Shown here in pieces: positions 41,015 to 50,186 of a stretch of 64,000 nucleotides of DNA. Source of the stretch: Terrimicrobiaceae bacterium (GTDB lineage: Bacteria; Verrucomicrobiota; Verrucomicrobiia; Chthoniobacterales; Terrimicrobiaceae); contig JBGSVZ010000104.1 in assembly GCA_041752695.1 (NCBI GenBank), positions 1 through 64,000 of the forward strand, in the 5' to 3' direction. Position numbers and translations under genes: made by a program. Under the pieces are notes generated by a model, which was not told the DNA's origin, searched no databases, and was given only the letters and a program-made list of their open reading frames with translations. Each line of letters opens with the position of its first letter. Position 1 is the first letter of the stretch.

Positions 41015-41074
41015 AAGACCCGGCAGTCGCCCGCCGGACGCGCCACCACAAGACGCGCCCGGGGACGACCGAAA

Positions 41075-42022
41075 TCACTCCGCGGCGCGGGGAACCGTAG
41101 TAGGACCCTCCTTTTTCGGCCAGAGCAGCGACAGGACCACCGAGATGGCGAGCACGCTCACGATCACGCCGAGCGAAACCAGGGTGTCAATTTTATAGGG
41201 CGAGTGGCCGAGTAGCATTTTCACCCCCACAAAACTCAAGACCACACCCAGACCGATTTTCAGGTAGTGGAATTTGTCCATCACCCCGGCCAGCGCGAAA
41301 TACAAGGAACGCAATCCCAGGATGGCAAAGACGTTCGACGTGTAAACGATGAAGGGATCCTTCGTCACCGCGAAGATCGCGGGGATGGAATCGACCGCGA
41401 AAATCAAATCGGTGAATTCCACCATCAGGAGCACGACAAAAAGCGGCGTGGCCATGCGGATGCCGTTCTCGCGAACAAAAAAACGATCACCCCGGTAGTC
41501 ACTCGTCACCGGCATGAGTTTCTTGAACCAACGCACCAGCGGATTGCGTTCGGGATGAATTTCCTCGTCCCGCTTCACAATCATCTTGATCCCCGTCAGG
41601 ATCAAAAATACGCCGAAGACGTAAATCACCCAGGCAAACCGTTCGATCAACGCCGCGCCGAGGAGAATCATGGTCGCTCTCATGACCAGCGCGCCGATAA
41701 TGCCCCAGAAAAGCACCTTGTGCTGGTAGAGCGGAGGAACCGCAAAATAGGAAAACAGCAGGGCGAAGACAAAGACATTGTCCACGCTCAGCGACTTCTC
41801 AATCACGTAACCGGTGAAAAACTCGAGCCCTTTCTGCGGCCCCATGAAATGCGCCACACCCGCGTTGAAGATGAGCGCGAGCGTCACCCAGACGCCCGTC
41901 CACGCCATGGATTCCTTAAAGGTGACGATGTGCGCCTTTTTGTGAAAAACCCCCAGGTCGAGGGCGAGCATGGCGAGGACAAAAACGTTAAAGGCAACCC
42001 AGGCCCAAAGGATGTCAGTCAT
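41075..42022 (-). CDS. TerC/Alx family membrane protein
   Basis: EKSLSVDNVFVF, DLIFAVDSIPA and SNVFAILGLRSLYF. Confidence 0.96.
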   Translation of the reverse strand: MTDILWAWVAFNVFVLAMLALDLGVFHKKAHIVTFKESMAWTGVWVTLALIFNAGVAHFMGPQKGLEFFTGYVIEKSLSVDNVFVFALLFSYFAVPPLYQHKVLFWGIIGALVMRATMILLGAALIERFAWVIYVFGVFLILTGIKMIVKRDEEIHPERNPLVRWFKKLMPVTSDYRGDRFFVRENGIRMATPLFVVLLMVEFTDLIFAVDSIPAIFAVTKDPFIVYTSNVFAILGLRSLYFALAGVMDKFHYLKIGLGVVLSFVGVKMLLGHSPYKIDTLVSLGVIVSVLAISVVLSLLWPKKEGPTTVPRAAE

Positions 42023-42052
42023 GATTGTGGTAAAGAATAATCCGGAGGCGTC

Positions 42053-42409
42053 TTAGCGGCGGGCCCGGGGCATTGCGCCTGCCTGGAGGGCGGCGGGTTC
42101 CTGCAGATTGCTGCGCAGACGGCGGTTGCGGTTGGCCCCGCGATCTTCCATTTTTTCGTGCAACCCGGTCACGACCTTGGCCAGCGCGGCGCGCAGGGTG
42201 TGGTCCGCGGCCCGGGCGGTGAAGTCCGGTCCCGGGGTCACCAGATGCACTTCCACGTAAAAGGCCGGGCTGGCCTCCAGACGGTGCTCCAGGGTGACGC
42301 GGGCTTCGTCAATCTGACGACGTTCGGCAAAGACCCGCAGCTGCTCTTCGAGATGTGCGACCAGGGCCGCCGAGGGCTGATGATTGAGGTTTTTCATTCG
42401 GATTTTCAT
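42053..42409 (-). CDS. HPF/RaiA family ribosome-associated protein
   Basis: ~118 aa with the AL..H.EE.L helix, beta-strand core and PGPD..A.....L.AA pattern. Confidence 0.72.
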   Translation of the reverse strand: MKIRMKNLNHQPSAALVAHLEEQLRVFAERRQIDEARVTLEHRLEASPAFYVEVHLVTPGPDFTARAADHTLRAALAKVVTGLHEKMEDRGANRNRRLRSNLQEPAALQAGAMPRARR

Positions 42410-42479
42410 AGGTGGGTGAAACTTGCGGCAGCATCTGCGTTTTGTATATTCCTCATAGTCGCATCTACGTTTCGAAAAA

Positions 42480-43421
42480 ATGGAATCATCAACCGCTCCC
42501 GAATGGCTCAACTATCATCACCTGCGCTACTTCCATGCCGTGGCCAAAGAGGGCAGCCTGCGCCGCGCCGCGGAAAAGCTGAACATTTCGCAATCCTCCA
42601 TCTGCGGCCAGATTCAGCTTCTCGAATCCGCGCTGGGGGAGGATCTTTTTCGGCTCCAGGCGCGCTCTCTCGTGCTGACCGAATTCGGCCACCTCATCCT
42701 GGGTTACGCCGAGGACATCTTCAGCCTCGGCCGGGAACTGCTCAACGCCCGCAAACAATTCCCCGGCGTGCGATCGCTGCGTTTGCAGGTGGGGATTGTC
42801 GATTCGTTTCCGAAGCTGACCAGCTTTGACATCCTGCGCCCCGTTTTCGGGCACGAGCCGCCGGTGCAGGTGACCTGCCACGAAGGCAAACTCCACGACC
42901 TGCTCCCCCTTCTGGCCACCCATCGGTTGGATGTGGTGCTGGCCGACGAACCCGCCTCACCCGGACTCACGCTCAAAACCTTCAACCATCCGCTCGGTTC
43001 CTGTGGCATCACCTTCTGCGCCGCCCCCTCGCTGGCCCGCTCGCTCAAGGGGCGCTTCCCGCGCAATCTCCACGGCGCCCCGGCCCTGCTGGGCACCCAG
43101 AACACCACCCTGCGGCGCGACCTCGAACAATGGTTCCGAGCGAGACACATCGAACCCCGTGTGGTCGGGGAATTTGAAGACGGCGCTCTGGCCAAGATCG
43201 TCGCCACCGAGGGGCTTGGTTTCATTCATGTCCCGACAGCAACAGCCTCCGAGGCCGTGGAACGCTATGGTTTTGAAGTGCTGGGGCGGACCTCCCAATG
43301 TGTGATGCAGTTCTATGCCATCACTGCCGAACGGCGCCTCGATCATCCCGCCGTGAGGGCCATCACGGCCCGCCCCGTCGGCTTGCGGTCTGTCCCCGCG
43401 CGAAAAAAGGTCGCGGCCTGA
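42480..43421 (+). CDS. LysR family regulator, NhaR-like
   Basis: WLNYHHLRYF, GIVDS.PK, VVGEFED.AL and FYAIT.ERR..HP typical of the NhaR subfamily. Confidence 0.92.
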   Translation: MESSTAPEWLNYHHLRYFHAVAKEGSLRRAAEKLNISQSSICGQIQLLESALGEDLFRLQARSLVLTEFGHLILGYAEDIFSLGRELLNARKQFPGVRSLRLQVGIVDSFPKLTSFDILRPVFGHEPPVQVTCHEGKLHDLLPLLATHRLDVVLADEPASPGLTLKTFNHPLGSCGITFCAAPSLARSLKGRFPRNLHGAPALLGTQNTTLRRDLEQWFRARHIEPRVVGEFEDGALAKIVATEGLGFIHVPTATASEAVERYGFEVLGRTSQCVMQFYAITAERRLDHPAVRAITARPVGLRSVPARKKVAA

Positions 43422-43458
43422 ATTTGCCATATTTCGGGTAAACCGAAGGATTCGCTCG

Positions 43459-43472
43459 ATATTACGTAATAT
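43459..43472. promoter_or_regulatory. Perfect 14-bp palindrome upstream of sbtA (candidate operator)
   Basis: ATATTACGTAATAT equals its reverse complement; AT-rich island in GC-rich DNA. Confidence 0.5.
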
Positions 43473-43543
43473 ACTCATTCTGCGGGCGCACTACGCTCAG
43501 AGTCATGTTGCCATTCCGGCCGGATCTCGAAGACACCTGAACC

Positions 43544-44512
43544 ATGGACGCTGCCCTTTTGCTGGCCAATCTGGCGAACCCACCCGTCCTGTTTTTTTTC
43601 CTCGGCATGCTGGCCGTCTGGATGCGGTCCGACCTGGAAATTCCGCAGCCCATTCCGAAGGCCCTCGCCATCTACCTGCTTTTTGCCATCGGCTTCAAAG
43701 GCGGGGTGGAGCTTCATAAAAGCGGTTTCGACACCCAGGTGATCACCGTGCTCGGCGCGGCCCTGCTGGCGGCGGCCGTGGTTCCGGTTTGGATCTTTTT
43801 TCTTCTGCGGCGCAGGCTCGGCGTGCCCAACGCGGCGGCCATTGCGGCAACGTACGGATCCGTGAGCGCCGTAACGTTCATCGCCGCCACGTCGCTTTTG
43901 ACCCACCTCGGTGTGGCCTTTAGCGGATGGATGGTGGCGGCCATGGCGCTGATGGAATCGCCCGCCATTGTGATCGGAGTCGTGCTGGCGAGACGTTTCG
44001 GCGATGGTCAGGGTTCGTCCATCGAATGGTCCGAACTGCTGCGCGAAGCTTTTTTCAATGGTTCGGTGTTTGTGCTGATGGGAAGCCTCGTCATTGGAGC
44101 AATCACCGGCGAGAGCGGAGAGAAGTCGCTCGCGCCCTTCACCTCCGGCATCTTCAAAGGCGTCCTCTGCCTCTTTCTGCTCGACATGGGATTGGTCAGC
44201 GCCCGTCGCCTGGCGGCCAGCCGCGAGATCGGCCTCTACCATGTGAGCTTCGCCGTGCTCGCGCCCCTGGCCCATGCTGCGCTCGGGATTGCTTTGTCCG
44301 CGTTGCTCGGCCTCAGTGCGGGTGACGCGCTTCTTTTCACCATCCTCTGCGCGAGCGCTTCCTACATTGCCGTGCCGGCCGCCATGCGTTTTGCCATCCC
44401 GCAGGCCAGCCCCGGTGTCTACGTCCCGATGGCGCTGGCGCTCACCTTTCCTTTTAACGTCCTGATCGGGCTGCCGATCTACCTTGCCATCATCAATCGT
44501 CTCTGGAACTAA
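43544..44512 (+). CDS. sbtA: Sodium-dependent bicarbonate transport family permease (SbtA-like)
   Basis: YLLFAIGFKGG, YGSVSAVTF, MESPA, LLDMG, ASASYIAVPAA and TFPFN. Confidence 0.93.
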   Translation: MDAALLLANLANPPVLFFFLGMLAVWMRSDLEIPQPIPKALAIYLLFAIGFKGGVELHKSGFDTQVITVLGAALLAAAVVPVWIFFLLRRRLGVPNAAAIAATYGSVSAVTFIAATSLLTHLGVAFSGWMVAAMALMESPAIVIGVVLARRFGDGQGSSIEWSELLREAFFNGSVFVLMGSLVIGAITGESGEKSLAPFTSGIFKGVLCLFLLDMGLVSARRLAASREIGLYHVSFAVLAPLAHAALGIALSALLGLSAGDALLFTILCASASYIAVPAAMRFAIPQASPGVYVPMALALTFPFNVLIGLPIYLAIINRLWN

Positions 44513-44517
44513 ACGCC

Positions 44518-44811
44518 ATGGAATCCGTCAAACGCATCGAGATCATCATTGACGCCAACGAATTGCGCGAGGTCTGCCGCGTTTTGGAGGCCCTCGAAGT
44601 CAGCGGCTACTCGGTGATCCGTGATGTGACCGGTCGCGGCGATCGCGGCGTGCAGAGCGGCGACGACCTGACGGACGTCTTTAAAAACAGCCTCGTCCTG
44701 ACGGCCTGCCCGGCTGGGTCCGTCGCCGAAATTGTCGATGCGATCCGTCCGCTCCTTCGTGCCCATGGGGGCATCTGTCTGGTCTCCGACGCCCAGTGGG
44801 TGATCCACTAG
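44518..44811 (+). CDS. sbtB: PII-like SbtB regulator
   Basis: K.IEII, SGY.VI..V.GRG.RG and GGIC.VSD; directly follows sbtA. Confidence 0.88.
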   Translation: MESVKRIEIIIDANELREVCRVLEALEVSGYSVIRDVTGRGDRGVQSGDDLTDVFKNSLVLTACPAGSVAEIVDAIRPLLRAHGGICLVSDAQWVIH

Positions 44812-44925
44812 GCGGCTTGGAGCGGACGGTCAAGTGGCGGTAGATTTCCTGTCTGGGGCGGATTCATGTCCCGGCCGAGCGTTTTTTGTCGTCCTCCGTC
44901 GAAGGCTCTGCTACGTGCTGGTCTC

Positions 44926-45348
44926 ATGGCCATCGTCAAGGAATTCCGGGAATTTATCGCGCGCGGAAACGTCATCGACCTCGCGGTCGGCGTCATCATC
45001 GGGGCGTCATTTGGAAATATTGTGAAGTCCTTCACAGACGATCTCATCATGCCTTTGATCGGCAAGGTGCTGGGAGGCGTGGGGGGATTAAATTTTAACG
45101 ACTATTTTATTCCGCTGGATGGCAAACTCGGCGTGTACAAGACGCTGGCCGAGGCAAAAGCCGGGACGGCGGTGATCGCCTACGGGTCCTTCGTCACCAT
45201 TGTGATCCAATTTCTCATCGTGGCCGCGTGTGTTTTCGCCCTGGTCAAGGTGGTCAATAAAATCAAGCGCACCGAACCGCCCGCCCCCGCCGCACCGACC
45301 AAATCCGAGGAATTGCTCTCGGAAATTCGTGATCTGCTGAAAAAATGA
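44926..45348 (+). CDS. mscL: Large-conductance mechanosensitive channel
   Basis: EF..FIARGNVIDLAVGVIIG and LL.EIRDLL. Confidence 0.97.
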   Translation: MAIVKEFREFIARGNVIDLAVGVIIGASFGNIVKSFTDDLIMPLIGKVLGGVGGLNFNDYFIPLDGKLGVYKTLAEAKAGTAVIAYGSFVTIVIQFLIVAACVFALVKVVNKIKRTEPPAPAAPTKSEELLSEIRDLLKK

Positions 45349-46247
45349 TCCGGCGCGGCCTGGTGGCCTTTTTCGTCCTGGGACGAGCTTCCGGCCTGGT
45401 GGCTCAGGATGTTCCACCTCCCACTCAGGGCAGCCAGATCATGCTGATGGCCGAGTCGCCGCTCAGTTCGGGCGGCCAGACCATCCGAATGGCCCCGGCC
45501 GGCGCGCAGTTCCAAGTGGTCGCCACAAATGCGGCGCAGGGAACCGTCTTCGTTTCCATTGTGGGTGCGGAAGGCAAAAAAGTGATGGCCAGCCTGCCCC
45601 TCGCCAATGTCGTGGTGGTGGACGCCGCCGCAGAATCTTCGCCCACGCCCGCCGCCATGCCACCCCCTCCACCCCCGACCTCCTCTCCGATTGCGGCCAA
45701 GCCGGTCGCTCCGCCGGCGACGGAACCCGCTCTCTCTGCGCCCAAACCGGACGCCAGCGGCGCGTACGCCGCGATGGATGTGGCGAAATTTTTCAAAGCG
45801 GATCGCGCGGCGGCGAACGCGATGTTTACCGGGCGTTCGCTGAAGGTGCGCGGCAGTATCGAACGCGCGGAAGTGCAGGTCGGTTCGGATGCCCCCATCG
45901 TGCTGATGACCACCAGCCAGGGCCTGCCCAAGATCAAACTTCAGGTGCATCCCACCGTGTCGCGGAACCGGGATTTTTACCGCGGCGGCGCAGGATGGTA
46001 CTACGACGGTTGGTACTCCTACGGGCACAAGCTGGAGTTTCGCCCCGCCAACGGCGGCCTGGAGGCGCGCTTCCGCTACAAACGCACGTCCTCCAGCACG
46101 TACGGGGGATCTTCGATTTACCGGGCCTGGAGCGATTGGTTTCCGCTCCTCACTCCGGGCGACGTGCTGACCGCCAGCGGCACCTGCAAGGGGTTGATGA
46201 TGGACGTGATCCTCGAGGCCGCGGAACTCGACCGACAATCGCTCTGA
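45345..46247 (+). CDS. Hypothetical exported protein with Pro-rich linker and OB-fold-like C-terminal domain
   Basis: ATGA overlap with mscL, signal-like N-terminus, A...F.G..L.V.G...G.C.G pattern (tRNA_anti-like, inferred). Confidence 0.6.
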   Translation: MIRRGLVAFFVLGRASGLVAQDVPPPTQGSQIMLMAESPLSSGGQTIRMAPAGAQFQVVATNAAQGTVFVSIVGAEGKKVMASLPLANVVVVDAAAESSPTPAAMPPPPPPTSSPIAAKPVAPPATEPALSAPKPDASGAYAAMDVAKFFKADRAAANAMFTGRSLKVRGSIERAEVQVGSDAPIVLMTTSQGLPKIKLQVHPTVSRNRDFYRGGAGWYYDGWYSYGHKLEFRPANGGLEARFRYKRTSSSTYGGSSIYRAWSDWFPLLTPGDVLTASGTCKGLMMDVILEAAELDRQSL

Positions 46248-46318
46248 GTACCCAACCCCGGACTCATTTCGCACGCAGGGATTGAAATTCCGCGCCGTGC
46301 AGCGATGCTTCACCCCGC

Positions 46319-47713
46319 ATGATCCTGTCCGTTCTCAAAATTCTCTTTATCTGCCTGGAGGTCGTACTACTTTTTAACCTCCTGATCCTCGTTCACGAAC
46401 TGGGACATTTTCTCGCGGCGAAATGGCGCGGGCTGGTGGTGGAAAAATTCGCCGTGTGGTTCGGCAAGCCCCTCTGGAGCAAGACCATTGGCGGCGTGGA
46501 ATACCGTCTCGGCTGCATCCCGGCCGGCGGATACGTGGCCATTCCCCAGTTGGCCCCCATGGAGGTGTTGGAGGGCCAGGTGGAAACCGATCGCAGCCAG
46601 CTTCCACCGGTCAAGCCGATCGACAAGATTATCGTCGCGGCGGCAGGGCCGGCCTTCAGCCTGGGTCTGGCCTTTATCATGGCCATCGTGGTGTATTTTG
46701 TCGGCAAACCGGAAAGCGATTCGGACAAGCCGATCATCGGCATGGTCGCCCCCGGGGGACCTGCCGAAAAAGCGGGTCTGCGGGCCGGCGACGAGATTCT
46801 CAAGGTGGATGGTCACCCGGTTTCCCGCTTCATGAGTGGAACCGACGGCGTGAAATGGCGCATTATTCGCAGCGAGGGCGAAACCATTCCCTTCGAGGTG
46901 CGGCGCGGTGACGAGATCCTGACCTTCAACTCGGGTTGGACCAAGCCGGAAACCTCCGGGTGGCGCCGCCCGGCTCTGCGCCAAGTGCAGTTCGGTCCCC
47001 GCATCACTCCCGCCATCAATTTGGTGGCCCGCGGGTCGGCCGCTGATCAAGCCGGTCTCAAGTCCGGGGATGTCATCGCCACGGCCAACGGCCAGCCCAT
47101 TTTTAACCTCGAGGACATCGTTCCGACTCTCCGCGAGAATGCCGGCAAACCGGTTTCGCTCTCCATCGTGCGGGCGGAGCAGACCGTACCGGTCACGCTC
47201 TTGGTGCCAGCCGCGGGTCCGGAAACGCCGGATGCCCCCCTGGACCTTGGCATTGAATGGGGCCACATCACGTTCAGCCACCCCACGCCCTGGGCCCAGG
47301 TTTCGGACGCCGCCACCAGCATCTTTCGCATGGTGGGGGCCCTGCTTTCGCCGAAATCCGACGTGAAGGCGGCGCACTTCAGCGGGCCGGTCGGCATCAT
47401 GAAGCTGTATTATCAGGTGTTCGACACCAACTACGGCCTGCAGCTCGCGCTCTCCCTCAGCGTCCTGATCAATGTGAACCTCGCCCTGCTCAACCTCCTG
47501 CCCTTTCCCGTGCTCGACGGCGGCCATATCACCCTGGCCATCATTGAAGGCATCCGCCGCAAGCCCATCAATGTGCGTGTGCTCGAAGTGGTGCAGACGG
47601 CCTGCGCCCTCCTGCTGATCGGCTTCATGGTGTATGTGACGTTCTTCGATGTGGGCGACTTTGTGCCTCAGGGACAGAAGCCAAAGACGGAGACTGTTCA
47701 GCCTGCGAAATGA
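46319..47713 (+). CDS. rseP: RIP metalloprotease RseP (M50) with PDZ domains
   Basis: HELGH, two PDZ-like segments and NLLP.P.LDGGH. Confidence 0.96.
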   Translation: MILSVLKILFICLEVVLLFNLLILVHELGHFLAAKWRGLVVEKFAVWFGKPLWSKTIGGVEYRLGCIPAGGYVAIPQLAPMEVLEGQVETDRSQLPPVKPIDKIIVAAAGPAFSLGLAFIMAIVVYFVGKPESDSDKPIIGMVAPGGPAEKAGLRAGDEILKVDGHPVSRFMSGTDGVKWRIIRSEGETIPFEVRRGDEILTFNSGWTKPETSGWRRPALRQVQFGPRITPAINLVARGSAADQAGLKSGDVIATANGQPIFNLEDIVPTLRENAGKPVSLSIVRAEQTVPVTLLVPAAGPETPDAPLDLGIEWGHITFSHPTPWAQVSDAATSIFRMVGALLSPKSDVKAAHFSGPVGIMKLYYQVFDTNYGLQLALSLSVLINVNLALLNLLPFPVLDGGHITLAIIEGIRRKPINVRVLEVVQTACALLLIGFMVYVTFFDVGDFVPQGQKPKTETVQPAK

Positions 47714-49491
47714 ACCTCGCTGACACGCCGGACATTTTCTCCGCACTGCGCCGGGTCACCCGCGAGGTCAAAGTGGGAGCGGTCGGACTGGGTGGGGCAA
47801 ACCCGATTCGCGTGCAGTCCATGATCACGTGCGACACGATGGACACCGCGGCGAGCATTCAGCAAACCCTCGACCTCGCAGCCGTGGGGTGCGAGATCGT
47901 GCGCATCACCGCGCCGACCGTGAAGGATGCCGCCAATCTCGCCAACATCGTCCGCGGACTCCGTGAGCGCGGTTGCGAAGTGCCCATCGTGGCCGACATC
48001 CATTTCAAACCCGAGGCCGCCATGGAGGCGGCCAAATGGGTGGAAAAGGTTCGCGTCAATCCCGGCAACTACGCCGACTCGAAAAAGTTCAAGATCATCG
48101 AATACACCGACGCGCAATATGCGGCGGAGCTGGACCGCATCCGCGAGCGGTTCACCCCCCTGGTGAATTTCTGCCGGGAACACGGCCGCGCCATGCGCAT
48201 CGGCACAAACCACGGCAGCCTGAGCGATCGCATCATGAACCGCTACGGCGACACTCCGCTCGGCATGGTGGAAAGTGCGCTGGAGTTTGCCCGGATCTCG
48301 CGCGACCTCAATTACCACAACTTCGTTTTTTCCATGAAAGCGAGCAATCCGAAGGTGATGATCGCCGCCTACCGGTTGCTCGTCGCCAGGCTGAATGCGG
48401 AGGGTCCTGATTGGAACTATCCCCTCCACCTCGGCGTGACGGAGGCCGGAGACGGAGAGGACGGCCGGATCAAAAGCGCCATCGGCATCGGCAGCCTGCT
48501 GGCCGACGGCATCGGCGACACCGTGCGGGTCTCGCTCACCGAGGATAGCGTGCACGAGATCCCCGTAGCCCAGGCGCTGGTCGATGGGGTTTCGCAGATG
48601 GGAGTTCGGAGTTCGGAGTTCGGAGATGGGAGTTCGCAGCAACCCTTCGACCCGTTTTCTTACAAACGCCGCGCCACGACCACGCTGGAATGCGGCGGGA
48701 TTCGGCTGGGCGGCGAGGAACTGGTGCGGGTCTTTGTCACCCGTGCCACGTACGACAAGGTCGCCCACAAGATCGACCGCATGGGGGACTACCAGCCGGA
48801 GATCGTGCTGGAAGATTCCGGCATTTGCGAAGTGGATCCCCGGGATGACGCCGCGATTGCCGCTCTCAATGCGGATCCTGCGGTGCGTTTGGTCACGGTG
48901 TCGGATTCGGTCGATCTGCCGGTCATCACGGCGTTTCGCCTGCTTGCCGCCAGGCTCGATGCGCGGCACCCGATCGTGTTGAAAGATGTCTGGAAAAAAA
49001 CGGGGGGCGACTTTCTCGAAACACTGCTCGCCGCCTCGACGAACATCGGAGCGCTGCTCTGCGATGGGATTGGCGACGCCATCCTTCTTCAGGGCGAGGA
49101 CGCTCCCGGGCAGTCCCTTCGGCTCTCCTACAACATCCTGCAGGCGGCGGGGACGCGGATCTTCAAGACCGACTACGTGGCGTGCCCGAGTTGTGGAAGG
49201 ACACTTTTTAACCTCCAGACCACCACCGCACGGATCAAGGCGGCCACCGCGCATCTCAAGGGGGTCAAAATAGCCATCATGGGCTGCATCGTCAACGGGC
49301 CCGGCGAGATGGCCGACGCGGATTTCGGCTACGTGGGGGGAGCACCGGGCAAAGTGAACCTCTACGTCGGCAAGACGGCGGTGAAATTTAACATCCCGGA
49401 AATCGAGGCGGTGGAACGGCTTCAGGACTTGATCCGTGAGCACGGCAAATGGGTGGACGCCCCTCCCGTGGCCGAGCCTGCGCCGGTCTGA
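47710..49491 (+). CDS. ispG: (E)-4-hydroxy-3-methylbut-2-enyl-diphosphate synthase, long form
   Basis: VQSM, VADIHF, RVNPGN, RIG.NHGSL, HLGVTEAG, CPSCGRT and MGCIVNGPGE. Confidence 0.98.
   Translation: MNLADTPDIFSALRRVTREVKVGAVGLGGANPIRVQSMITCDTMDTAASIQQTLDLAAVGCEIVRITAPTVKDAANLANIVRGLRERGCEVPIVADIHFKPEAAMEAAKWVEKVRVNPGNYADSKKFKIIEYTDAQYAAELDRIRERFTPLVNFCREHGRAMRIGTNHGSLSDRIMNRYGDTPLGMVESALEFARISRDLNYHNFVFSMKASNPKVMIAAYRLLVARLNAEGPDWNYPLHLGVTEAGDGEDGRIKSAIGIGSLLADGIGDTVRVSLTEDSVHEIPVAQALVDGVSQMGVRSSEFGDGSSQQPFDPFSYKRRATTTLECGGIRLGGEELVRVFVTRATYDKVAHKIDRMGDYQPEIVLEDSGICEVDPRDDAAIAALNADPAVRLVTVSDSVDLPVITAFRLLAARLDARHPIVLKDVWKKTGGDFLETLLAASTNIGALLCDGIGDAILLQGEDAPGQSLRLSYNILQAAGTRIFKTDYVACPSCGRTLFNLQTTTARIKAATAHLKGVKIAIMGCIVNGPGEMADADFGYVGGAPGKVNLYVGKTAVKFNIPEIEAVERLQDLIREHGKWVDAPPVAEPAPV
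48594..48635 (+). repeat. Six tandem heptamers (mostly GGAGTTC/GGAGATG) inside ispG, 42 bp in frame
   Basis: GCAGATG GGAGTTC GGAGTTC GGAGTTC GGAGATG GGAGTTC; TTCGCAG recurs exactly 42 bp apart. Confidence 0.85.
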
Positions 49492-49492
49492 C

Positions 49493-49705
49493 ATGGACCT
49501 GCTCGGCAAGACGCTGGTTCTCTTCGGCCTGGTGCTCACCGGGATTGGGATCTTGCTTTGGTCCGGCGTCGGCCGCGGCTGGTTCGGCCGCCTGCCTGGC
49601 GACATCCATGTCGAGCGGGAAGGGTTTTCCTTTCATCTTCCCCTCGTCACCTGCCTGCTGCTGAGCGTTCTTGTCACCGCGATTCTGGCAATTTTGCGCC
49701 GCTAG
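49493..49705 (+). CDS. DUF2905 small membrane protein
   Basis: GRLPGDI and F..PL.TC.L.S motif. Confidence 0.9.
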   Translation: MDLLGKTLVLFGLVLTGIGILLWSGVGRGWFGRLPGDIHVEREGFSFHLPLVTCLLLSVLVTAILAILRR

Positions 49706-49756
49706 CGGGGACGATTTTGCTCGCGAATCCGGCGGTCGGATGTTTTCTTAAACCGC

Positions 49757-50176
49757 ATGAAATCCATCGCGAGCCTGCTTGGTGTCGTTGCCCTTGGCCT
49801 CTCCCTCAGTTCCTGCACCTTCCTGCACGAAAAATACGCGACGAACGAACAAGCCGCCTCGGCCTACATTGCCGGGAAGAAGACCGGCCCGGCTAAAGTC
49901 AATATTGAGGGTGTCTGGTACGCTCCGGGTTGGGGTGTGGTGGTGATCAATCAGGAGGGAAGCAAACTCACCGGCGCCTTCCAGGATTATTACGCCATCG
50001 AAGGCGTGGTCAGCGGACGCAACGCGTTTTTCACTCTTCTTGACGACGACTGGCGTGAATACACCGTCGAACTCACCGCCAAAAGCCGGGAAAAACTGGT
50101 CGGTTACTTCTCCGCGCACATTCCTTTCTCCGAAAGCGATCAGGAGGAAATCGTGCTGACCCGGATCGGCGATTGA
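49757..50176 (+). CDS. Lipoprotein, paralog A
   Basis: Lipobox LSSC; shares G.W...WG and EGVVSG with the next gene. Confidence 0.75.
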   Translation: MKSIASLLGVVALGLSLSSCTFLHEKYATNEQAASAYIAGKKTGPAKVNIEGVWYAPGWGVVVINQEGSKLTGAFQDYYAIEGVVSGRNAFFTLLDDDWREYTVELTAKSREKLVGYFSAHIPFSESDQEEIVLTRIGD

Positions 50177-50186
50177 TCCGCGTTTC

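Noticed and set aside
47698..49605. 635-aa ORF antisense to ispG (likewise 46367-47746, 33654-34841, 31581-32843, 52385-53542)
   Set aside because: Fully overlaps well-supported genes on the opposite strand; typical high-GC shadow frames.
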